Assembly (NCBI GenBank): GCA_963810935.1
Contig: CAWEPK010000005.1
Coordinates: forward strand, 306,335 to 370,334
Reading direction: 5' to 3'
From: an uncultured delta proteobacterium
GTDB taxonomy: Bacteria; Desulfobacterota; Syntrophorhabdia; Syntrophorhabdales; WCHB1-27
DNA: 64,000 bases
The notes under the pieces are model-generated. The model saw only the letters and a list, made by a program, of their open reading frames with translations, did no database searches and was not told the origin of the DNA. Shown one piece after another: positions 33,299 through 43,420 of the stretch; the first letter of the stretch is position 1, and every line of letters begins with the position of its first letter. The position numbers were made by a program, and so were the translations under genes.

Positions 33299-34357
33299 GT
33301 GAACGAGCAAATGAAAAAATGGGCCTTGAGATGGATAGCGGCGTCGGCGATAGTGGCGGGCCTTATCATCGGGGCAATTTATCTCGTCTACTCCCTTTCT
33401 CACGAAAGCACGGACGACGCCTACGTCACGGGCACCATAGTGCCCGTCGCCCCCGAGATAAGGGGAAGGGTCGTCAACGTCTACATCACCGACAACCAGT
33501 ACGTGAAGGCCGGTGCCCCCCTGCTCGACATTTTCCCGCAGGATTACGAGGACACTGCCAAAGAGCGGGGCCAGGGCGTTTCCACCCTGGTAGCGGAAAA
33601 GGTCGAGCTTCAGGCATCCCTCAAGCAAAGGCAGAAGGCCCTTGCCCAGGCGCAGGCGAACCTTGCGGCGGCCGGGGCGGAGCAAGCCCTCGCCGAAAAG
33701 GATTTCGACCGGTACAAACGCCTCGTAAGAGAGGACGCGGCTACCCGGAGCCAATACGACCACGTCGAATCGCGCCTCGCGGTGGCCAGTGCAAGGAAGG
33801 AAGCGGCCGCTTCCGCTGTCGAGGAGGCAGGGGAGGCGATAGAGGCGGCTAAGGGCAAGCTGGCCACGCAGGACTTCAAGATCAGGCAAGCGCAGGCGGC
33901 GCACAGGGTCGCGGAGCTGAACCTCGTGAGGACGACCCTCGTCGCGCCCATCTCCGGAAGGATCGCCAAGAAGACCGTCGATCCGGGGAAATACGTGCAG
34001 CCCGGGCAGGCCCTCCTCGCCGTCGTGCATCAGGACATCTGGATCGTAGCGAATTACAAGGAGACGCAGGTCGGAAAGATGGCCGTGGGCCAGCCGGTCG
34101 AGATAAAGGTTGACGCATACCCCGGCATTGTCTTCCGGGGGCATGTCGATAGCCTGCAGCCCGGCACCGGCGCTGTTTTCAGCCTGCTCCCACCGGAAAA
34201 CGCGACGGGCAACTTCGTAAAAGTCGTACAGCGGCTCCCCGTGAAGATCCTGGTGGACTCCCCTTTCGATCCCCGCCATCCCTTATGGCCCGGCCTCTCC
34301 GTCACCCCTACCGTTGACGTGAGCCGTAAAACGGGCTCGAAGCTGTCCGGACGATAG
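33299..34357 (+). CDS. HlyD/EmrA family membrane fusion protein
   Basis: STDDAYV, FSLLPPENATGNFVKVVQRLPV. Confidence 0.93.
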   Translation: MNEQMKKWALRWIAASAIVAGLIIGAIYLVYSLSHESTDDAYVTGTIVPVAPEIRGRVVNVYITDNQYVKAGAPLLDIFPQDYEDTAKERGQGVSTLVAEKVELQASLKQRQKALAQAQANLAAAGAEQALAEKDFDRYKRLVREDAATRSQYDHVESRLAVASARKEAAASAVEEAGEAIEAAKGKLATQDFKIRQAQAAHRVAELNLVRTTLVAPISGRIAKKTVDPGKYVQPGQALLAVVHQDIWIVANYKETQVGKMAVGQPVEIKVDAYPGIVFRGHVDSLQPGTGAVFSLLPPENATGNFVKVVQRLPVKILVDSPFDPRHPLWPGLSVTPTVDVSRKTGSKLSGR

Positions 34358-34362
34358 GTCCC

Positions 34363-35919
34363 GTGGACGGCGCGCATAAAACGCACAACAAGTGGCTCGT
34401 GACCGTGACGGTTATGACGGGGGCCATGATGGCCGCCCTCGACACGAGCATCGTGAACGTGGCACTGCCCCACATGCGCGGCGCTCTGGATGCCTCGGTC
34501 GAGGAGATCGCGTGGGTCTCGACGGGCTACATCCTTTCGAGCGTCATCGTGATGCCGATCATCGCGCTTTTAAGCTCCAGGTTCGGGCGCAAGCGGTTTT
34601 TCCTTTTCTCGGTCATCCTCTTCACAAGCTCTTCGATGCTGTGCGGGGCTGCCTGGGACCTGCCTTCGATGATCGTCTTCCGTGTCCTCCAGGGCATAGG
34701 CGGCGGGACCCTCATACCCCTGGCACAGGCCTTGCTGCGGGAGACGTTTCCGGCCAAAGAACAGGCAACGGCGATGAGCATCTTCGGTCTCGGCGTCATC
34801 CTCGGGCCCGCCTTCGGGCCGACCCTCGGCGGATGGCTCACCGACAACTACTCATGGCCCTGGATATTCTATATCAATGTCCCCGTCGGCATCCTCAACG
34901 TCCTGCTCATCATGCGCTTCGTCGAAGACCCCCATTACCTCGTCCGGGAAAAAGGGAGCATAGACGCCACAGGCCTGTTCCTCATGGCCGTCGGGCTGGG
35001 GTCGCTCCAGGTAATGCTCGAGAAGGGCGACCAGAAAGACTGGTTCACCTCCGATATGATACGATATCTGGCAGCAGCCGCTCTCGCCGGCCTTATCCTT
35101 TTTGTAATCAGGGAGCTGAGAGCGAAAAGACCTGCGGTCAACCTCCGGATCCTGAAGGACATCAATTTCGCCTCGAGCAGCTTCATGGGCGGCATTCTGT
35201 CCATGGGTCTTTTCGCAAGCCTATTCGTCCTTCCCCTCTTCCTGGAGCAGCTCCTAGGCTACCCTGCCTACGACGCGGGGCTGGCGCTTATGCCGAGGAG
35301 CCTCGCGATGGCTTTGGCTATGCCTTTCACGGGTTGGATATACCACAAGACAGGACCCCGGTTCCTTATAGCCCTAGGGCTTCTCGTGAACGCCGTCTCG
35401 TTTTACCTCCTGTCGCTCCTTTCCCTGGACGTAGGGTATTGGGACATATTCTTCCCTCAATTCCTGCAGGGCATCGGCTTCGGTCTGATATTCGTGGCAT
35501 TGAGCACGGCCGCGCTCTCTACGATCGATAGGCCCCTCATGACGGCCGCGAGCGGCCTTTATAACGTGACCAGGCAGGTATTCGCCAGCGTCGGCATTGC
35601 CCTGGCCGCCACCTGCGTCACCAGGGGCGAGGTCAGGTATCGCGCAATACTGATGGAGCACGTGACAGGCTACAGCGACATCACGACGGGCGTGCTCGGG
35701 CGGTTCCTGTCGCATGTTTTTACCAGCGGGGCGGGCGGGACCGGAACCGACATGGAGGCCCTGGGGCTTCTGGAGAGGACGGTCGAAAGGCAGGCGGGCA
35801 TGCTGGCCTACAACCACGTTTTCTTTCTTATCGCCGTGCTTTTCCTTGTATCTATTCCCCTGGCCTTCGCGATCAAGGACCCCCAGGTGGCCGGCGGCAC
35901 GGAGATGATTGCGGAGTAA
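34363..35919 (+). CDS. DHA2 family MFS efflux permease (EmrB/QacA)
   Basis: LDTSIVNVALP, GPTLGGWL, WIFYINVPVG. Confidence 0.94.
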   Translation: MDGAHKTHNKWLVTVTVMTGAMMAALDTSIVNVALPHMRGALDASVEEIAWVSTGYILSSVIVMPIIALLSSRFGRKRFFLFSVILFTSSSMLCGAAWDLPSMIVFRVLQGIGGGTLIPLAQALLRETFPAKEQATAMSIFGLGVILGPAFGPTLGGWLTDNYSWPWIFYINVPVGILNVLLIMRFVEDPHYLVREKGSIDATGLFLMAVGLGSLQVMLEKGDQKDWFTSDMIRYLAAAALAGLILFVIRELRAKRPAVNLRILKDINFASSSFMGGILSMGLFASLFVLPLFLEQLLGYPAYDAGLALMPRSLAMALAMPFTGWIYHKTGPRFLIALGLLVNAVSFYLLSLLSLDVGYWDIFFPQFLQGIGFGLIFVALSTAALSTIDRPLMTAASGLYNVTRQVFASVGIALAATCVTRGEVRYRAILMEHVTGYSDITTGVLGRFLSHVFTSGAGGTGTDMEALGLLERTVERQAGMLAYNHVFFLIAVLFLVSIPLAFAIKDPQVAGGTEMIAE

Positions 35920-36060
35920 AGATGCGGGAGGCCGAAAGACCGCTGGTGTTTTGGCGGCATCACTGGTAAAATGAAGTGGCATTGCATGAATTCGATATAA
36001 GCTCCGATTAAAACATGATGTGGAAAGGGGTGGGGCGTGGCTGCCGGTGCAACGAATGAT

Positions 36061-37353
36061 ATGGGAAACAAGGCCGCCGCGGGCGAAAAGCGGACCGCCG
36101 GGCCCGGGCCGAATACGGCTTACGGGTTTCTCTCATCCGTCAAGCTCGCCATCGCGCTCCTCAGCCTGATCGCGCTGGCCTGCATTGTCGGCACGCTAAT
36201 TCCGCAGGCCGCGCTCGTTGAGTATGGGCGGAGGCATGGGGAGGGGATGTACGCCTTCCTCCGCGCATCCGGCCTCACCGACGTCTTTCACGCGCCCTGG
36301 TTCTTCGGTCTTTTGAGCCTTTTCGTCCTCAACCTGGTCCTCTGCACGCTCAGGCGGCTCGGGGGCCTTTTCAAAGGCGGCGACAGGTCGCTGCCCACTG
36401 ATAAGAAACTCGCTGCAATGCCACTGCACTTTTTCGTCAAAGGCGCGAAGATCGACGGCGTGGAGGCACTCTTTCGTGGATACCGGCCAAGAAGAGAGGG
36501 GAACGGGGCCATCCTCGAAAAAGGCGGCCTTTCCCGTTACGGCGTATACATCATCCACGCCAGCATCGTCGCCATTCTTCTGGGAGGCCTGATCGGCCTT
36601 CTTTTCGGCTTCCGCGGGTCGCTCGCCCTCGGCAAGGGAGAGGTAAAGGACGCGGCGGTAAAAAGAGACGGCCGTACGGCGATCCCCCTGGATTTTTCAG
36701 TCAAGCTCGACGATTTCAGCTTGACGCTCTATCCGGGCGGGGAGCCGAAGGAATACCTGAGCCGCATCGAGATCATCGACAACGGCAGGACGGTCGCAAG
36801 GGCGGACGTGCGGGTCAACCACCCAGTCTCGTACAAAGGGACTAACATCTACCAGGCAAGCTACGGCCAGGACCCCATCTTCGTCTTCGATATCGCCGGG
36901 CAGGAGGTGAGGCTCAACCAGGGCGGGGTGTATAAGCAGGGCGATTTTGCGATGATGGCAATGAGGTTCGAGCGCTCCGTCCACGATTTCGGCCCCGGTG
37001 TGCAGGTCGCCTACATTGAGGGCGGCGAGACGCGGACGGCCTGGTTCATGCGGGACGTCCCGAGGCTCGCAGCCAAAACGCTCGCAGGGGCCGAGGTGCG
37101 GCTCAAAGGCATAGACAGCGAATATTATTCCGGGCTGGAGGTAGCGCGCGACCCGGGCGTATGGGTCGTCTGGACGGGCTTCGCCCTCATCCTCATCGGC
37201 CTTTACATCAATTTCTTCATGCATTTCAGGCGCATCTACCTGCTCCAGACTGCCGAAGGGGTGCTCGTCGCCGGGACGTCGCCCAGGAACAGAGAGGCGT
37301 TCAAGGAAGAATTCGAGAAGTGGAGGAAAAAGGCACATGGTCTGGAGCGATAA
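36061..37353 (+). CDS. resB: Cytochrome c biogenesis protein ResB/Ccs1
   Basis: GTLIPQ, HASI, VNHP, YQASY, DPGVWVVW. Confidence 0.9.
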   Translation: MGNKAAAGEKRTAGPGPNTAYGFLSSVKLAIALLSLIALACIVGTLIPQAALVEYGRRHGEGMYAFLRASGLTDVFHAPWFFGLLSLFVLNLVLCTLRRLGGLFKGGDRSLPTDKKLAAMPLHFFVKGAKIDGVEALFRGYRPRREGNGAILEKGGLSRYGVYIIHASIVAILLGGLIGLLFGFRGSLALGKGEVKDAAVKRDGRTAIPLDFSVKLDDFSLTLYPGGEPKEYLSRIEIIDNGRTVARADVRVNHPVSYKGTNIYQASYGQDPIFVFDIAGQEVRLNQGGVYKQGDFAMMAMRFERSVHDFGPGVQVAYIEGGETRTAWFMRDVPRLAAKTLAGAEVRLKGIDSEYYSGLEVARDPGVWVVWTGFALILIGLYINFFMHFRRIYLLQTAEGVLVAGTSPRNREAFKEEFEKWRKKAHGLER

Positions 37354-38149
37354 GATACTCGGGATAGTGACGCTTGCCTATCTTGCCCTCTTTTTGCTCC
37401 ACCTCGTCTATTTCGCGACGAAGAAAGAGGCGGTCCTTAGCGCGGCGCGGCCCATCCTTTACGCTGTTTTCGCGCTCCATACGCTCGGGCTGGCCGCACG
37501 CTGGATCGAATCGTACAGGCTGGGGATAGGCCACGCCCCTCTGTCCAACTTCTACGAGTCACTCATATTCTTTGCCTGGTGCATCGCCCTTATCCTGATA
37601 ATGATGAAGAAGCGGCTGCGGCTGCCTGTCATAAGCATGCTCGCTATATTCGCCGCCGTCCTGTTCATGGGCTATGCCTCGCTTTCGCCGTCAGTAGACA
37701 GGCAGATCCAGCCGCTTATCCCCGCCCTCCAGAGCAACTGGCTCCATGTCCACGTCTTTACGTGCTTTATCGCCTATGCCTCTTTCGCCATCTCGTTTTT
37801 GGCCGCCCTTCTATACCTGATCGGCACGAAGAATATCCCCGGCGAGAGGCTGGAAGAGGTCAACTACCAGGCTGTCGTGGTCGGCTTTCCCATGCTCACC
37901 GCAGGCATCCTGACGGGCGCAGTCTGGGCGCATTACGCGTGGGGCGCTTACTGGAGCTGGGACCCGAAAGAAACATGGTCGCTCATAACGTGGATCGTCT
38001 ACGCCCTTTTCCTCCACGCCCGCTTCACGGCCGGGTGGAAGGGGCGCAGGATCGCGCTGCTTTCGGTCGCTGGTTTCGTCAGCGTCATCTTCACCTATCT
38101 AGGCGTAAACTTCATCCTTTCCGGCCTCCACAGCTACGGCTCGTCCTAG
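37337..38149 (+). CDS. ccsB: Cytochrome c biogenesis protein CcsB/ResC (system II)
   Basis: WWD domain WGAYWSWDPKETW; GLHSY. Confidence 0.94.
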   Translation: MVWSDKILGIVTLAYLALFLLHLVYFATKKEAVLSAARPILYAVFALHTLGLAARWIESYRLGIGHAPLSNFYESLIFFAWCIALILIMMKKRLRLPVISMLAIFAAVLFMGYASLSPSVDRQIQPLIPALQSNWLHVHVFTCFIAYASFAISFLAALLYLIGTKNIPGERLEEVNYQAVVVGFPMLTAGILTGAVWAHYAWGAYWSWDPKETWSLITWIVYALFLHARFTAGWKGRRIALLSVAGFVSVIFTYLGVNFILSGLHSYGSS

Positions 38150-38319
38150 AAGAAAAAACCGGGGCACAAACGCATTTTCCTCTTGCATCTTGATGAGATA
38201 TATAGATAGAATTTACCTCCTCGCCCATAAGGGGAGGGTAAAGTCCCTCGATAGGGCGCGCATCGTTCTTACGGACGGTGTGTATTGGACCATAAACAGG
38301 CAGTGGAGGAGGTTCGGTA

Positions 38320-38597
38320 ATGAACAAGATCGATATAGTCAATCAGCTCTCGGAGCAAATCCCTCTCAACCAGAAAGTGGCAAAGATAGTGGTTGATACA
38401 ATTATAGATAGCATCAAGAAGGCGATCGTGGAAGGGGAAAGAGTTGAGATAAGAGGTTTCGGCAGCTTTTCCCTGCGCTCTTACAAATCATACAAGGGCA
38501 GGAACCCGAAGAACGGCGAGATCGTAGACGTGCCCCAGAAAAAACTTCCCTATTTCAAGGTAGGCAAAGAGTGAAGGAGACAATCTGGAAAGGCTAA
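38320..38597 (+). CDS. Integration host factor subunit beta-like (one base missing at ~38571)
   Basis: RVEIRGFGSF...GRNPKNGE...FKVGKE; adding one base gives LKETIWKG*. Confidence 0.85.
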
Positions 38598-39625
38598 AAT
38601 TTCCAGTAAGGCTTGATCGCCTCTTTCGCCGCTGAGACGGCCTGCTTTCCGGCAACCGATGCCTCGCCCCCTTCATCCGCCATGTAGACGGGCGTACCCT
38701 TCATCTCCATGAGAACGGCCCTCACGGAATTGGCAAGGGCGGCTACATCGTAGCCCCCTTCGAGGGTAAGCAGCATCTTCCCGCCGCAGCACTCCGCCGC
38801 TATGTCCATGAGCATCTTCGTCATTCCCGCGAAGCCGCGCTCCGTGACGGCCATGCCGCCCAGCGGGTCGCTGCCGTGGATGTCGAACCCGGCGGAAACG
38901 AGCACGATCTCCGGCTTGAATTGCCGGCTCACCGGCCCGACGATCTCCGTGAAGGCATGCAGGTAATCTGCGTCGTGCATCCCGTAGACGAAGGGTATAT
39001 TGACCGTGTAGCCCTTCCCGTCGCCAGAGCCCACCTCATCGTACCACCCTGTCCCGGGGTAGTAGGGGTACTGGTGCGTGGAGACGTAGAGCACCTTCCG
39101 GTCGTCGTAAAAGCTGTGCTGGGTGCCGTTCCCGTGGTGGAGGTCGTAATCGACGATGAGTATGCGGCTTAGGCCGTATTTCTTTTCCAGGTACCGGGCC
39201 CCGACGGCAATGTTATTGAAAATGCAGAAACCCATCGACCTTCCCGACTCCGCGTGGTGTCCCGGCGGCCTGACGAGCGCGAAGCCGTTGTCGATATGAC
39301 CCGACATGGCGGCGTCGATGAGCGCAAGGTACCCGCCGGCGGCCATGCAGGCAGCCTCGTAGGACCTGGGCGATGCGACCGTGTCGGGGTCGAGCCGGGT
39401 CTGCACTCTCCCCTTCGTGCCGCAGATCATCTCGACGTATGATTTCTCGTGGACCGCGGCCAGCTCCTCCATTGTGGCAGGCCTGGCAGCCACTGGGACA
39501 AGGCCCGTCTGGTCCATCTTATCAAGCATCCCGTAGATCGAGGTCAGGCGCCTCGGATTCTCCGGATGAAAATCGTCCGTTATGTGCTGCAGATAGATAT
39601 TATCCCTGACAATTCCAGCCTTCAT
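38594..39625 (-). CDS. Histone deacetylase family protein
   Basis: HPENP, RPPGHHA, GFCIFNN, DLHHGNGTQ, SAGFD, LEGGY. Confidence 0.95.
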   Translation of the reverse strand: MKAGIVRDNIYLQHITDDFHPENPRRLTSIYGMLDKMDQTGLVPVAARPATMEELAAVHEKSYVEMICGTKGRVQTRLDPDTVASPRSYEAACMAAGGYLALIDAAMSGHIDNGFALVRPPGHHAESGRSMGFCIFNNIAVGARYLEKKYGLSRILIVDYDLHHGNGTQHSFYDDRKVLYVSTHQYPYYPGTGWYDEVGSGDGKGYTVNIPFVYGMHDADYLHAFTEIVGPVSRQFKPEIVLVSAGFDIHGSDPLGGMAVTERGFAGMTKMLMDIAAECCGGKMLLTLEGGYDVAALANSVRAVLMEMKGTPVYMADEGGEASVAGKQAVSAAKEAIKPYWKF

Positions 39626-39768
39626 AGCACCCCCCCCTGAGACAATATTACAACCGGACGCCCGGAAACACAAGACGTTTCAACGGTCTCCTTCGCATAC
39701 GGACGGCCAGGGGATTCGCCGATTGCGCAGCCCTGCTTCTCGCATTACATTTTCATAAAGGATCCGTT

Positions 39769-40974
39769 ATGCTTGTTGTGCCCCTTCTCATTTTTGCCGT
39801 CCTCGCTGCGCTCGGCCTCCTGGAGGCCATGCTGCACAGGCACAACCTGTCGAAGATACCTATCCGCATACACGTGAACGGGACGCGCGGCAAATCGAGC
39901 GTCACGCGACTCATAGCCGGGGGTCTCCGGGCGGGAGGCATCACGACGTGCGCAAAGACGACGGGGACGCTTGCCCGCATGATCCTTCCGGACGCCTCCG
40001 AATACCCGGTGTTCAGGCCTTCGGGCGCCAACGTGATCGAGCAGGTGCGCATCATAGCGACTGCCATGAACTATGGCGCAAGGGCCATCGTCGTCGAATG
40101 CATGGCCCTCCAGCCTCACCTCCAATGGCTCAGCGAGTCACGGTTCCTCAAGTCGACCCACGGGGTAATTACGAACGCCAGGCCCGACCACCTTGACGTG
40201 ATGGGGCCGACGGAGAACGATGTCGCCCTGGCCCTCGCAGGCACCGTCCCGATAGGCGGCAAGCTGTTCACGGCAGAGGTCAACCGGCTCGCAGTCTTCC
40301 GAACGGCGACAGCGGACAGGGAGAGCACGCTTATCTCCGTCGGACCGGAGGAAGCGGCTGCCGTCACCGACGAAGAGATGGAGCAGTTCCAGTACGTCGA
40401 GCACAAGGAGAACGTGGCCCTCGCCCTGCGCGTCTGCACGGACCTCGGCATCGAGCGCAATCTTGCGCTGGCAGGCATGTGGAAGGCGCCCGCGGACCCC
40501 GGCGTCATGACCGTCTCCCATATCCGCTTTTTCGGGCGGGACATCTATTTCGTCAACGCCTTTGCAGCGAACGACCCCCAATCTACGGAACAGATCTGGA
40601 ACATGGCCCTCGACCGGTTCCCTGACGTCGAAAGGCGGATAGCGATCTTCAACTGCCGGGCGGACCGCCCGACCCGCTCCCAGCAATTGGGCCGGGCCTG
40701 CGTCCACTGGCGGCCTGCCGACAACTACCTGCTCATGGGCTCCGCAACATATCTTTTTCTCAAGTCGGCCATGGCGGAAGGCATGTCCCTCAAGAAAATG
40801 GCGGCAGTCGAGCGGGAAAGCGAGGCCGACATCTTCGAGATCATCCTCGAGCAGATGGGCAGGTCGGCCGTAGTAGTCGGCATGGGGAACACGAAGGGCC
40901 GGGGGCTTAGTCTGGCCCGTTTCTTCCTGAACAGGAGCGCGCCAAGAGAAGCGCCGCGCAAGGAGGTGGCATGA
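39769..40974 (+). CDS. pgsB: Poly-gamma-glutamate synthase PgsB/CapB
   Basis: HVNGTRGKSSVTRLI, AKTTGT, ECMALQP, DHLDVMGPT, AFAANDP. Confidence 0.93.
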   Translation: MLVVPLLIFAVLAALGLLEAMLHRHNLSKIPIRIHVNGTRGKSSVTRLIAGGLRAGGITTCAKTTGTLARMILPDASEYPVFRPSGANVIEQVRIIATAMNYGARAIVVECMALQPHLQWLSESRFLKSTHGVITNARPDHLDVMGPTENDVALALAGTVPIGGKLFTAEVNRLAVFRTATADRESTLISVGPEEAAAVTDEEMEQFQYVEHKENVALALRVCTDLGIERNLALAGMWKAPADPGVMTVSHIRFFGRDIYFVNAFAANDPQSTEQIWNMALDRFPDVERRIAIFNCRADRPTRSQQLGRACVHWRPADNYLLMGSATYLFLKSAMAEGMSLKKMAAVERESEADIFEIILEQMGRSAVVVGMGNTKGRGLSLARFFLNRSAPREAPRKEVA

Positions 40975-41432
40975 TGGACCTGCTATCGGTCTCCATCGGC
41001 ATAGGCCTGGGTGTCAGCCTGATGTTGTCCGAGTTTCTGGGTATCGCCGGGGGAGGCCTGGTCGTACCCGGCTACCTCGCCCTTCACCTGACCGAGCCCC
41101 TAACGGTCTGCATAACGATACTTACCGGCCTCGCCGCATTCGTGCTCGTGCGTGCCCTCTCGTCCGTACTCATCGTTTACGGCAGGCGCAGGACCGTGCT
41201 CATGATACTGGCCGGCTACCTGACGGGCTTGCTCGCCCGCTATTTCATCCACGCCAGCGGCGCGCCTGAGATACTGGGCGAGCATGCAGTCGTGGGCTTC
41301 ATCATACCCGGCCTTATCGCAGTCTGGCTCGACCGCAGGGGCGTAGTGGAGTCTCTCTGCTCGCTCATCACCGCCTCGGTCGTCGTCCGGCTCATCCTTA
41401 TCATCGCATTCGGCGCGAGGCTCGCAGTATGA
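40971..41432 (+). CDS. pgsC: Poly-gamma-glutamate biosynthesis protein PgsC/CapC
   Basis: GGLVVPGYLAL, YGRRR, GFIIPGLIA. Confidence 0.92.
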   Translation: MMDLLSVSIGIGLGVSLMLSEFLGIAGGGLVVPGYLALHLTEPLTVCITILTGLAAFVLVRALSSVLIVYGRRRTVLMILAGYLTGLLARYFIHASGAPEILGEHAVVGFIIPGLIAVWLDRRGVVESLCSLITASVVVRLILIIAFGARLAV

Positions 41433-42565
41433 AAAAAATCTATTGGAGGCCGCAGAGCACGCCCCTTTTCGCCTTTATTCTCATAGGCCTGTTCTCGCTC
41501 GCGGGCGTACTTGCAGTCGAGCGGTACAAAGTGGAGGAAAGAAGGCCGGCTTACGGGGAGAAAATAGAAGCTGCCCGGCTCGCCCTCGCGGCAATGGAGA
41601 CCATAAAGAACGAGCGGACGCGCAAGGGGGGCGCTGCTGACGCGGAGGCCGACCCGGCGGGCTCGGGCCTGATCGGCTCGTACGTGACACCGGTCACGAC
41701 CGAGCCGGGCGACCTGGAGGCGAAGCAGACCTCGATAAACCCGAACTTCGCGGCAGTCATTGTCGACCTTTTGCGCCAGGCGAAGGTGAAAGAGGGCGAC
41801 AACGTGGCGGTCAGCTTTTCAGGGTCGTTTCCCGCCCTCAACATCGCAGTCTATGCTGCGATAAGGACACTCAAGCTGAAGCCGGCGATCATCTCGTCGG
41901 TAGGCGCCTCCCAGTGGGGGGCGAACGACCCGGACTTCCTCTGGATAGATATGGAGCGCCTCCTTCAGGGCCGGGGCGTTTTCCCCTTCCGCTCGGAGGC
42001 CGCCTCCTTCGGGGGGAGGCACGACGAGGGCCGGGAGATGAGCGAAAGGGGCCGGAACATAGTGGCTGACGCAGCCGCGAGGAACGGCCTGCCGTTGATC
42101 GGGGCAAAGACGCTCCATGAGGATATCGACCAGAGGATGGCGGTTTATTTCAGGAAGGACCCGCCGAAGGTCTACATCAATGTAGGGGGAGGGCGCGCGG
42201 CAGCGGGGGCGAGGGCGTTCAAGGTGCTTTTGAAACCCGGCCTCCTCTCCTCGGACCTGCCCGAACACGTGCGGGGCGATTCGTTGATAGCGCGGTTCCT
42301 TAAGGAGCGCGTGCCCGTCATACAGATCTACGACATCAAGCGGCTCGCCCGCATGTACGGCCTGCCGGTCACGCCGGCGACGATGCCGCCGGTCGGCCAG
42401 GGCTCCATATACATCGAGAAGCGATACAACAAGTGGCTGGCCGGGTGCGTCCTTTTCGTGATAATCGCGGGCCTTTTCATCTTTTCCCGCTCCGAGTGGG
42501 GGTTCCGCATGCTGCAGATATCGTCCCGGCGTGAGGAGATGGGGCCGCCGGAGCCTATGGTCTAA
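41429..42565 (+). CDS. Poly-gamma-glutamate system protein (PgsW-like)
   Basis: SGLIG...TT..G.LEAK.TS.NPNFAA, SGSFPALN, SVGASQWGAN; follows pgsBC. Confidence 0.75.
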   Translation: MKKIYWRPQSTPLFAFILIGLFSLAGVLAVERYKVEERRPAYGEKIEAARLALAAMETIKNERTRKGGAADAEADPAGSGLIGSYVTPVTTEPGDLEAKQTSINPNFAAVIVDLLRQAKVKEGDNVAVSFSGSFPALNIAVYAAIRTLKLKPAIISSVGASQWGANDPDFLWIDMERLLQGRGVFPFRSEAASFGGRHDEGREMSERGRNIVADAAARNGLPLIGAKTLHEDIDQRMAVYFRKDPPKVYINVGGGRAAAGARAFKVLLKPGLLSSDLPEHVRGDSLIARFLKERVPVIQIYDIKRLARMYGLPVTPATMPPVGQGSIYIEKRYNKWLAGCVLFVIIAGLFIFSRSEWGFRMLQISSRREEMGPPEPMV

Positions 42566-42569
42566 ATTA

Positions 42570-43350
42570 TTATGAGGAGGTTGTCCGCAGCCGTCCGTTG
42601 ACGGCCTCTATAGCGTCGCGGAGCCTTTCGACCAGCTCCCGGACGTTTTCGGGGTCTGCCCTGAAGCCGCTCGTCTTGCCCTCGACTATCCTGTAATTGG
42701 CGTTGATCTCGACCTGCGCTGCCTCTATGCCGAGGTCATTCCTGCAGAAGAAGGTGACCGTGCCCGCACCTTTAGCGGCGAAGTTCCGGTTGAAGATCTG
42801 CTGCTCGAAGCCCGAGAATGCCTCTTCAATGGCGCTTTTGAACATGGGGCAGGAAGAGAGGGCCGCCGCATCGTTCATTATCCCTATATCGACCTTCGAC
42901 CGGCCGGGCGCCGCCCCGTGGAGGTCGAGGACGAACCTGATATGGTTCTCCTTTATCGATTTTCTTCAGGAACTCCTTGTATTGCGTGCCCGTGTCATTG
43001 TTCGGGTCTTCCGTCGTCTTGTTCTTCACATAAAGCACGTGGGCCCCGGTAAGCCTGCCGAGCACGATGGCGAGGGAAGCGGTATAGGCGTCTTCCTTCC
43101 TCCATGCGCCTTCGGCTGCGCGGTAATGCTTGGCGCCGTGGGGCGCTGAGATCAGCACCGGGATCGAGCCTTTTATGTAGCCGTAATACGGCGTCGCCTC
43201 GTCGTCATAGTTTATCTGTGCAAACTCGATGCGCCTCATCTCGTCTACTACGCCCGGACTTACGCGTTCGCCTGCCCGTCCTATTCTTGCGGCAAGGAAA
43301 AAGACGAAGGCCGCCGATAAGACCGCTGTTGCCATTTTAAATTCTCGCAT
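42570..43350 (-). CDS. Exported N-formylglutamate amidohydrolase-like Zn hydrolase (frameshift at ~42957)
   Basis: Signal peptide, LISAPHG, VLDLHG, QVEIN across two frames. Confidence 0.6.
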
Positions 43351-43420
43351 ATTTTTAACTCACTTGCTTCACGCAGTATATAATAGTAGAGGAAAAGGGA
43401 CGGCGGGACAAGGGGGGAAA

